Shown: positions 9,437-16,549, counted from the stretch's first letter. The stretch: 17,450 nucleotides of DNA from an uncultured bacterium (GCA_964549305.1 CAZJVM010000050.1:1-17450), one strand, 5' to 3'. Numbers and translations: made by a program. Notes: a model not told the origin generated them from the sequence alone.

Positions 9437-9470
9437 ATTATATGTAATGGTTAAAAAAAAAATTTGTCAA
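9437..9470 (-). promoter_or_regulatory. Candidate sigma70 promoter of the kinase: TTGACA (9470-9465) and TATAAT (9442-9437), 22-nt spacer
   Basis: Both hexamers are perfect consensus on the minus strand, but the spacing is non-canonical and contains a T10 tract. Confidence 0.4.
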
Positions 9471-9506
9471 TATGTAATTTTTTTGATTATTTAGCTAAAC
9501 TTCTGT

Positions 9507-9535
9507 TTAAATACTACTATATGATTTTTTATAAT
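9507..9535 (+). promoter_or_regulatory. Candidate sigma70 promoter of the HTH-receiver gene
   Basis: TTAAAT (9507-9512), 17 nt, then TATAAT (9530-9535). AAGGAG lies at 9568-9573. Confidence 0.4.
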
Positions 9536-9587
9536 GTATTTTAATCCGAAATCCGGCTAACCGGGAAAAGGAGTTTAAAAATATCAA

Positions 9588-10157
9588 ATGGTAAAAAAAA
9601 CGATTACAACCCATCAGGCGGCGAAATTGTGCGGAGTTACACCTGCTACGATTATAAGATGGATTGACGCGGGACTTCTGAAATCCCACAGGACTCCCGG
9701 AAGGCACCGCAGAATATACGAAGAAGATCTCACCGCTTTTTGGAAAGGGGTAAATCCCGATGACGGGAAATCATTGAGGATTCTCGTCATAGACGATGAA
9801 ACTTTTATCGTTGATTTTTTCAGGGAAGCCATAGAAAAGATAGATCCTGACATCAATGTACAGGGCGCCTTCAACGGATATGAAGCGGGAGAAATGGTTC
9901 ACGTTTTTAAACCTCATATAGTTTTTCTCGACCTTATAATGAAGGGGATAGACGGATTTGAGGTGTGCAGAAGAATAAAGAATTCCCCCGAAACCTCGTC
10001 TATTAATGTGATTGCAATTACCGGATATCCTTCGGAAAATAACGTAGATGAAATAAAATCCTGCGGTGCTTCAGAAGTCCTCGAAAAACCCATAAAGGTT
10101 GCCGACATAAGAATGGCGCTTGCGAAGTTTCTTGTCAATGCCTCCGACAGGGCGTAA
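9588..10157 (+). CDS. Response regulator with N-terminal excisionase/MerR-type (HTH_17) DNA-binding domain and C-terminal receiver
   Basis: TTHQAAKLCGVTPATIIRWIDAGLLKSHRTPGRHRRI winged HTH. The receiver has intact LVIDDE, phospho-Asp (VFLDLIM), ITG and EKP. Confidence 0.92.
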   Translation: MVKKTITTHQAAKLCGVTPATIIRWIDAGLLKSHRTPGRHRRIYEEDLTAFWKGVNPDDGKSLRILVIDDETFIVDFFREAIEKIDPDINVQGAFNGYEAGEMVHVFKPHIVFLDLIMKGIDGFEVCRRIKNSPETSSINVIAITGYPSENNVDEIKSCGASEVLEKPIKVADIRMALAKFLVNASDRA

Positions 10158-10172
10158 AGTATTCGCCCAATC

Positions 10173-11951
10173 TCAAACCTCAGCGGGGAAAACTCTGTTC
10201 TTGCCCGATTTCTTTGCTTTGTAGAGCGCTTTGTCAGATGTGAGCACTATCTCCTTCATCGAGTTTGCGTTTGCGGGACAGGAAGAGACACCGATGCTGA
10301 CTGTAACTGAAATTGACTGTTTTTCGTCTATTTCGATTATTGTTTTTTCGATGTTTTTTCTGATTCTTTCCGCAACGAAGGTTGCGGCGCTTTTTCCCGT
10401 TTCGGGGAGAATGACTGCAAACTCCTCGCCCCCGTATCTGAATGCAAGGTCAATGTCCCGTATTGAGAGGGAAATCATTTTCGCCGTTTCCGAAAGCACC
10501 GAATCGCCCGCGGGATGTCCGTATGTGTCGTTTACATTCTTGAAATCGTCAATGTCCAGCATAAGAAGGGAAAATTTCTGTCCGTAACGGTTGAATTTTC
10601 CTATATGCTCTTCGAGGCGCGTGTGAAAATATCTCAAAGTAAAAATTCCGGTAAGCTCATCCGTTATGGCAACGGAATAGAGATAGGCATTTTCGAAGGC
10701 AACGGATGAATGTGTTCTCAGGGCGTTGATAAGTTCCATTTCCTCGTCACTGAATGTGCTGTTTTCCCTCGCGGCAATGAGCATTCCCAGTTTCCTTTCT
10801 CTGATTCCAAGGGGAAGATAGGCGATATGTCTTTCATCGGAGAAAAAAACCTCGGAAGACTGGTTTTTTTCGAGAATTTTAAAATGTTTTTCTGACAGAA
10901 TGGAAGGATGCGGCATTTCATTCTCTTCGATATGAAACTGCGAGCTATGAGGTTTGTTTATTTTGCTGTCTTTTACCAAAACATCGAAGATTTTGCTGTT
11001 ATTTGTCTTTGTGAGAAGAATTGTCGATGAAGTGTCGAGTATTTCATATACAAGTTCAATGATTATGCTTTTAAGCTCGTTTATATTTATCGTTTTGCTG
11101 AGACGGTTGACTATCGAATACAGAATGTTAAGCTGAGCGGAAATTGTTTTTATTTCTTCAATATTCTTTCTGATATTTCCCGTCATCGAGTTGAAAGATT
11201 CCGCGAGTTCTTTTAACTCGTCATTACTTTTAATATCGATGTGGGATGAGTAGTTTCCTTTTCCGATTTGCCTTGTCCCTTCTATGAGCTTGTTTATGGG
11301 GCGGTTTAGAAGCTTTTCCGTGAGGAAATAGATGAGCACTATGACGAATATGCCTGAAATGATTCCGGACATAAGAATATGTTTTTCCACTGCCTCGATA
11401 AGTTTGAAGGAATGAGTGACCGGTTTTTCCGTTAGAAAAATGCCAAGAAGTTTTTTGTCCCGCGAATGGCATTCGTAACAGTCGCTTTTATTCATTATAG
11501 GGCTTATGCTTCTCAGGAAAGGTTCTTTCCCATCTTCGTCAATAAGTATGGTTCGTACTGACGGCTTTATATTGTTTTTCTCTTTATGGCAGACGTGGCA
11601 TCTGTCGTCTTCAAAGGGAATAATTTTGTTTAAATCGGCGACACTGGAGGAGAATTCTATATTTCCTTTCTTTCCGATAATGCATATTTTGGAAAACTGC
11701 CCTTTTTTTACCGATTCCCTGAGAGTTTTTTCCAGAATGTGGGAAGACTTGTTCAGCATCTGGAATTCGAGAATGGACTGCAGGGTTTTGGTCGTCGCTT
11801 CGGCGTCATGGTGCGCTTTGTTGATTAGTTCGGTTTTTTGAAACTGGCTTATCCTGAGCATGGTCAGTGAAAGCGTAAGACCGAGTATGATAAAAATCCC
11901 CGATAGCAGTTTTGTGCGCATATGATACTTTCTCCCCTTCCTTTCAGACAT
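10173..11951 (-). CDS. Membrane-bound diguanylate cyclase: TM - periplasmic di-heme c domain - TM - HAMP - GAF-like - GGDEF
   Basis: Two TM helices flank CHVCH (11586-11600) and CYECH (11466-11480). HAMP RPINKLIEGTRQIGKGN...DELKELAESFNSM; DIDDFKNVNDTYGHPAGD; I-site RDID (10449-10460); GGEEF (10419-10433). Alternative start ATG11921. Confidence 0.92.
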   Translation of the reverse strand: MSERKGRKYHMRTKLLSGIFIILGLTLSLTMLRISQFQKTELINKAHHDAEATTKTLQSILEFQMLNKSSHILEKTLRESVKKGQFSKICIIGKKGNIEFSSSVADLNKIIPFEDDRCHVCHKEKNNIKPSVRTILIDEDGKEPFLRSISPIMNKSDCYECHSRDKKLLGIFLTEKPVTHSFKLIEAVEKHILMSGIISGIFVIVLIYFLTEKLLNRPINKLIEGTRQIGKGNYSSHIDIKSNDELKELAESFNSMTGNIRKNIEEIKTISAQLNILYSIVNRLSKTININELKSIIIELVYEILDTSSTILLTKTNNSKIFDVLVKDSKINKPHSSQFHIEENEMPHPSILSEKHFKILEKNQSSEVFFSDERHIAYLPLGIRERKLGMLIAARENSTFSDEEMELINALRTHSSVAFENAYLYSVAITDELTGIFTLRYFHTRLEEHIGKFNRYGQKFSLLMLDIDDFKNVNDTYGHPAGDSVLSETAKMISLSIRDIDLAFRYGGEEFAVILPETGKSAATFVAERIRKNIEKTIIEIDEKQSISVTVSIGVSSCPANANSMKEIVLTSDKALYKAKKSGKNRVFPAEV

Positions 11952-12031
11952 ATTCTATTCCTTCATCTTCGGCTATGGTAATGTTTCATCGTCATTCTGT
12001 CCACAATCCCCTTTTTTTCCGTCCTTCCAAC

Positions 12032-12080
12032 TTGGTCTTGCAGTGGTGAAAAATATAATTTAGAATATAAAATAATTCTA
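12032..12080 (+). promoter_or_regulatory. Overlapping candidate sigma70 promoters and inverted repeat upstream of the small HTH gene
   Basis: TTGCAG (12038-12043)-17 nt-TAGAAT (12061-12066); TTGGTC (12032-12037)-16 nt-TATAAT (12054-12059); inverted repeat TAGAAT-N8-ATTCTA (12061-12080). Confidence 0.45.
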
Positions 12081-12105
12081 TCAAATCGGAGAAGGAGATT
12101 CCATC

Positions 12106-12312
12106 TTGAATGATATTAATACCGATAATTTCATAAGTTTGAGCGATGCGGCGAAGATACTCGGGGTGACTTCCTATACGTTGAGGAATCTTCTTTTTGA
12201 AGAAGACATTATTGACGGGCACAGCATAGGCGGAAAGCTTTTTTTCAAAAAGAGCGAGTTTGAAAAGGCAAAAGAAGAGTTGAAAAAAAAACTCAACGCA
12301 GTCAAATCCTGA
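12106..12312 (+). CDS. Small excisionase/MerR-type (HTH_17) DNA-binding protein, 68 aa
   Basis: ISLSDAAKILGVTSYTLRNLL...GHSIGGKLFFKKSEFE matches the Xis-like winged HTH pattern. SD AAGGAG (12092-12097) lies 8 nt before the TTG. Confidence 0.8.
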   Translation: MNDINTDNFISLSDAAKILGVTSYTLRNLLFEEDIIDGHSIGGKLFFKKSEFEKAKEELKKKLNAVKS

Positions 12313-12339
12313 AATGCGGCATTTCGCGTATTTCCTTTT
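12311..12339 (+). terminator. Possible weak intrinsic terminator after the small HTH gene
   Basis: Stem GAAATGCG (12311-12318) / CGTATTTC (12327-12334) with one G-U pair, followed by CTTTT. Confidence 0.3.
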
Positions 12340-12356
12340 CCGGCTGACTTCTTTCA

Positions 12357-13592
12357 ATGATTTCATTTTTTAAAAAACAGGGTATTCTCACTGGTATCGT
12401 TGCAGGCGCAATCGCGGGCGCGGTAACAGGCACATTTTTTCCTTTCTTCGGGCTGAAAGTTAAAATTTTAGGCGACCTTTTTCTCAATTCACTCAAGATG
12501 ATGGTAATTCCCATTATTGCCGCGTCTATGATTACGGGCATAACAAACCTTAAAAATCTTAAGCAACTGGGCACTCTTGGGGTAAGAACGCTTTTTTACT
12601 ATATGACCACAACGGGCATCGCAGTTGTAATAGGCATTTTAATGGTGGTTTCCGTAAAACCCGGCGTGGGATTTCCTTTGCCTTCGGCGGCATTGGCGGA
12701 AAAAATTTCTTCAGGCGCTCAATACTCCCTTATTCATATGATTGAGGGATTGATTCATCCCAATATTTTTCAGGCGGCGACTGAGATGAAAATTCTTCCC
12801 ATTATAACCGCGTCGATTCTTTTCGGACTTGCGTTGAATGCAATCGGTGAGAAGGGGAGGGTTGCGGCAAGTTTTTTTTCCGCCGTAAATGACGCGGTAA
12901 TGAAAATTGTGCACTGGATTATGTACTTTGCCCCTTTGGGCATTTTCGGATTGATTGCCTACAGATTGGGCGAGACGGGGGGAGGCAGCGCGGTTTACGG
13001 GCTTTTGCAAAGTCTTGGCAAATATGCCTTTACGGTGCTTTGTGCCCTTGTTATTCACTCTTTGCTTGTGCTTTCGCCGATTCTCCTTTTGTTTGCGCGG
13101 CGAAATCCGGCAAAATATTTTTTGTCCGTTGGAAAAGCCCTTATGACCGCTTTTGCAACCGCTTCTTCTTCGGCAACTCTTCCCGTTACAATGGAGTGCG
13201 TATCAGATGAGGCAGGCGTGTCGCGGGAAACTTCGGGATTCGTCCTTCCTCTGGGCGCAACGATAAATATGGACGGCACTGCGCTTTATGAGGCAGTTGC
13301 CGCGATATTCATCGCCCAGAGTTATGGTATCGAGCTTGAAGGAGTGAAGCTTGTGATAGTCTTTTTTACTGCTACGATTGCGGGAATCGGCGCCGCGGGA
13401 ATTCCGGAAGCGGCGCTTGTGACAATGGTGCTGGTCCTTCAGTCCGTAGGTCTTCCCGTTGAAGGGATAGGCATTATTCTTTCAATCGACTGGATTCTTG
13501 ACAGATGCAGGACGACTGTAAATGTATGGGGAGATACAGTGGGCGCCTGTGTCATCGATTATTATGAAAAGCGTGGAAAGGAAAATTTATAG
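12357..13592 (+). CDS. Dicarboxylate/amino acid:cation symporter (DAACS/SLC1 family), probable Na+-coupled glutamate/aspartate symporter
   Basis: GDLFLNSLKMMVIP, HP1 AFATASSSATLP, TM7 GATINMDGTALYE, HP2 IGAAGIP, TM8 DWILDRCRTTVNVWGD. Confidence 0.95.
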   Translation: MISFFKKQGILTGIVAGAIAGAVTGTFFPFFGLKVKILGDLFLNSLKMMVIPIIAASMITGITNLKNLKQLGTLGVRTLFYYMTTTGIAVVIGILMVVSVKPGVGFPLPSAALAEKISSGAQYSLIHMIEGLIHPNIFQAATEMKILPIITASILFGLALNAIGEKGRVAASFFSAVNDAVMKIVHWIMYFAPLGIFGLIAYRLGETGGGSAVYGLLQSLGKYAFTVLCALVIHSLLVLSPILLLFARRNPAKYFLSVGKALMTAFATASSSATLPVTMECVSDEAGVSRETSGFVLPLGATINMDGTALYEAVAAIFIAQSYGIELEGVKLVIVFFTATIAGIGAAGIPEAALVTMVLVLQSVGLPVEGIGIILSIDWILDRCRTTVNVWGDTVGACVIDYYEKRGKENL

Positions 13593-13719
13593 ATATATTA
13601 TCAGGTTCAAAGATTTTGCAGGAGAAGTCCATATATTGAAAAAAATTAAGGCGTCTTTTATTTGAAATAACAGGTAAATTTAAACATCTTAAAAACTTCG
13701 TGAATTTTGCGCCTCTGCA

Positions 13720-14205
13720 TTATTTGTCCTCATCGGGTGTATTCAATATCCTTTTCCGCAAATTTGACATATGTGTGCCTTCCCAGAAAATTTTTGAACA
13801 CTTCGGACATTGCGTGAATTTTAGAAAGTTGTCATAAACATAATCAGGCACAAGCCCATGCAATTTTTCCCTTTCCACCCCTTCGAGAATGGTGTTGCAT
13901 TCGAGGCATCTCGTAAGGACGTTTTCGCCCGCTTCAATATTGAATTCAGACCGTATCTCCCTGAATTGCCTGTCAACGGTTATTTCTTTTACAAAGTAGA
14001 ATGGGGGCGGAGAATAGATTTTTTGAAATTTCGTATCTTTCGTAAGTATGATTCTTCCTGTCTCTCTGCCCTGCCGTAAAAATGAGGAAAAGCGTTTTTC
14101 CTTTCTCGATGCAACATCCACGCCCGCCATCCTCATCCATTTCGCGAGTTTTCCGAGCATCGAGTCTGCCAGAAATTTAGTTTGCGATTCCCCCTTCAAT
14201 GTCAT
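13720..14205 (-). CDS. Mut7-C RNase domain protein (PIN-like fold with Zn ribbon)
   Basis: FLADSMLGKLAKWMRMAGVD, RIILTKD, TRCLECN, QCPKCSKIFWEGTH. The start is moved to ATG14205 because GGAGG (14218-14214) sits 8 nt upstream. Confidence 0.88.
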   Translation of the reverse strand: MTLKGESQTKFLADSMLGKLAKWMRMAGVDVASRKEKRFSSFLRQGRETGRIILTKDTKFQKIYSPPPFYFVKEITVDRQFREIRSEFNIEAGENVLTRCLECNTILEGVEREKLHGLVPDYVYDNFLKFTQCPKCSKIFWEGTHMSNLRKRILNTPDEDK

Positions 14206-14288
14206 AATTTCATCCTCCGGCAAAATCTTTTTGTATTTGCCTTTTGATATTTTTGTGCAGTCAATATAAAAGTGTCAAGGTTAAAAAG

Positions 14289-15698
14289 ATGAAAATGCTC
14301 TTAAAAAAGATAGAGAGTCCCGGGCTTTTGCCCTGTGAACTTTTTTCCGCTTTCGGAAGAAGGAAATTTGCCTTTCTTCTCGAGTCAGGCGAGCCCCACG
14401 GTTCGATTTCTTCATTTTCCTTTGCCGGGACAAATCCTTTTCTTACAGTGCGGGCAAAGGGGAACAGGGTGGTGATTGCCAATATGGAAGGCGCGGTTTC
14501 TAAAATGAAAGGCGACCCAATCGGGATTTTGAGAAAACTTGTAAAGAAATACGAATTTAAACGCGGGAAAAACGGCATTCCTTTTGCCGGAGGTGCGGTA
14601 GGTTATTTCGGATACAATCTTAACGCGGTTATCGAAAGCAAGGTTGTTCCCTGCCGCGATGATACCCCTTCGCTTCCTGATCTTTATTTTATGTTTTGCG
14701 ATAGTGGCGCGGTTTTTGACCACAGCTCGGATATGCTTTATCTTTTTTCAATTCCGGCGGTAAGCACGATGCGCGCGGAGGAAGGGATGTCTTTTCTCGA
14801 GGAAGCTTATAAAAAAGGGAAACGAGCTAAAATGGCGCGGGAAGGTGGACCTCCTGCGAATCGCCGCAAATGCGGAAAAACCAAAATATGCGAAATTACC
14901 ACTGAGAAAGAATATTGCAAAAGCGTAGTCAGTGTTAAAGATTACATTGCGTCTGGAGATGTTTACGAAGTCAATCTCTCTCACAGGATTACAATCGAGT
15001 CATCCAGGAAACCATTCGATATTTACCGCGACTTGAGAAAGTACGACCCCACTCCCTTTTCGGGATTTCTTAAATTCGAAGGATTGTCAATCGTCTCCGC
15101 CTCTCCCGAGAGATTTTTAAGAGTTGACGGGGATAATGTTGAAACGAGACCCATAAAAGGCACTATGCCGAGAGGAAAAACAGGCGCTCAGGACAAAAGA
15201 AACAGACGGAAACTTGCGGCAAGCATAAAGGATAAGGCAGAAAATATAATGATAGTGGACCTTTCAAGAAACGACCTTGGAAGAGTATGTGAGACAGGGT
15301 CTGTCTTGCCCTTTGAGTTGATGAGCATTGAAGCATATTCAAGGGTTTTTCAGATGGTTTCCACGGTGCGCGGAAAACTTAAAAAAGGGAAAGACTTTTT
15401 TGACTGTATAAGGGCGTGTTTTCCCGCAGGGTCGATGACAGGCGCGCCGAAAATAAGAGCGATGCAGATAATAGAGGAACTTGAACCGGTGAGAAGAGGA
15501 ATCTATTCAGGGTCTGCCGGATATATTTCATTCTCCGGTGACGCGGATTTCAATATAATCATAAGGACGCTCATCCATTGGAAGGGGAAATACTACCTTC
15601 AGGCAGGAGGCGCAGTAGTTGCCGATTCTGACCCCAAATCCGAGTACAGGGAAACATTATATAAGGCACAGTCTATAATCGAGGCACTTGAAAGATGA
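14289..15698 (+). CDS. pabB: Aminodeoxychorismate synthase component I
   Basis: MST-family motifs FLLES, SASPERFL, AENIMIVDLSRNDLGRVC, FPAGSMTGAPKIRAMQII. PIKGT carries the Lys diagnostic of PabB (TrpE has PIAGT). The start is probably ATG14289 or ATG14295 rather than TTG14244. Confidence 0.9.
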   Translation: MKMLLKKIESPGLLPCELFSAFGRRKFAFLLESGEPHGSISSFSFAGTNPFLTVRAKGNRVVIANMEGAVSKMKGDPIGILRKLVKKYEFKRGKNGIPFAGGAVGYFGYNLNAVIESKVVPCRDDTPSLPDLYFMFCDSGAVFDHSSDMLYLFSIPAVSTMRAEEGMSFLEEAYKKGKRAKMAREGGPPANRRKCGKTKICEITTEKEYCKSVVSVKDYIASGDVYEVNLSHRITIESSRKPFDIYRDLRKYDPTPFSGFLKFEGLSIVSASPERFLRVDGDNVETRPIKGTMPRGKTGAQDKRNRRKLAASIKDKAENIMIVDLSRNDLGRVCETGSVLPFELMSIEAYSRVFQMVSTVRGKLKKGKDFFDCIRACFPAGSMTGAPKIRAMQIIEELEPVRRGIYSGSAGYISFSGDADFNIIIRTLIHWKGKYYLQAGGAVVADSDPKSEYRETLYKAQSIIEALER

Positions 15699-16549
15699 AA
15701 ATTTACATTAACGGTTCATTTGTCAATGAATCAGAAGAGGTGATTTCCGTAAATGACCGCTCATTCCTTTACGGAGATGCCGTTTTTGAAACATTCCGCT
15801 CATATGACGGGAATATTCCTTTTTTCCACAGGCATATGAAAAGACTGAAAGAGTCTCTCTGTGCGTTGAGGATAAACTTCAAAGTAAGGGAAAATAAAAT
15901 TTTATCGGATATTTGTGCGCTTCTCAAGGTGAACAAACTAAGGGATGCCGTAATCAGGGTTGCCGTTTCAAGGGGAAAATCACAAAGGGCGGTTACCGTA
16001 ACCGGAAAAGAGAGTCCCGCGGTTATAATAACCGCGTCTGATAAAAGGTTTTATCCCCGGAAGATGTATCAAAAAGGAATAAAGTTGTCGGTTTTATCGG
16101 TAAGGCGAATACCGTCTCAATGCATTCCTTCACACATTAAAAGCGCCAATTACCTCAATCAGGTTTTGGCGCGCATCGAAGCAGTTGAAAAAGGCGCAGA
16201 TGACGGGCTTATGAAAAATGTAAGGGGTTTTGTAAGTGAAACATCATCGGCAAATATTTTTTTTGTACGAAATGGGATGATTTTTACACCGTCGAAGGAT
16301 TGCGATATTCTTGAGGGAATAACACGGGGTATTGTAATGGAGATTGCCCGGGAGGAAGGGATTGCGATAAAGGAAGGGAAATATTATTTAAAAAATCTTG
16401 AAAACTCGGAGGAATGCTTCGTTACAAACAGTGTCGCGGAGATTATTCCCGTTGCAGAGATAAATAATTATAAAGTAGGTTCAGGCTTTCCCGGTGCTTT
16501 AACTCGCCGGATGCACAAAAAATATCGTCAGAGGGTTTCCGGCTGTTAA
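15695..16549 (+). CDS. pabC: Class IV PLP enzyme, probable 4-amino-4-deoxychorismate lyase
   Basis: DRSFLYGDAVFETFR, IKSANYL (PLP Lys), ETSSANIFFV, ILEGITR, CFVTNS. ATGA overlap with pabB. The family is secure; the PabC call (versus IlvE/Dat) rests on context. Confidence 0.75.
   Translation: MKIYINGSFVNESEEVISVNDRSFLYGDAVFETFRSYDGNIPFFHRHMKRLKESLCALRINFKVRENKILSDICALLKVNKLRDAVIRVAVSRGKSQRAVTVTGKESPAVIITASDKRFYPRKMYQKGIKLSVLSVRRIPSQCIPSHIKSANYLNQVLARIEAVEKGADDGLMKNVRGFVSETSSANIFFVRNGMIFTPSKDCDILEGITRGIVMEIAREEGIAIKEGKYYLKNLENSEECFVTNSVAEIIPVAEINNYKVGSGFPGALTRRMHKKYRQRVSGC

Noticed and set aside
2403-9600. A/T runs of 8 nt near gene starts (2403-2410, 9593-9600) as phase-variation tracts
   Set aside because: They encode Lys codons in intact frames, and such runs are common in this AT-rich sequence.
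10150-10168. GGGCG/CGCCC hairpin between the convergent regulator and cyclase genes as a terminator
   Set aside because: Only a 5-bp stem with no U-tract on either strand.
11997-12005. DnaA-box-like CTGTCCACA
   Set aside because: Single copy with two mismatches to TTATCCACA and no origin context.
9588-12312. Prophage or integrative element implied by two excisionase-like domains and nearby tRNAs
   Set aside because: There is no integrase, transposase or phage gene. I found no convincing duplicate of a tRNA 3' end; the CTCATCGG match near 13730 is only 8 nt.
12283-12357. -1 frameshift at the A9 run (12283-12291) fusing the small HTH to the DAACS transporter
   Set aside because: The -1 frame is the transporter's frame, but it hits TGA at 12345-12347 before ATG12357.
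1388-14984. Numerous 60-130 aa alternative-frame and antisense ORFs in the ORF track (e.g. 3262-3660, 4678-4980, 10231-10587, 11992-12366, 12711-13058, 14261-14578)
   Set aside because: They overlap well-supported genes and show no recognisable motifs, so they are treated as shadow ORFs.
506-15698. Selenocysteine or stop-codon read-through at TGA-ending genes
   Set aside because: Each TGA falls at the natural end of a complete domain, and none sits at a catalytic Cys position.
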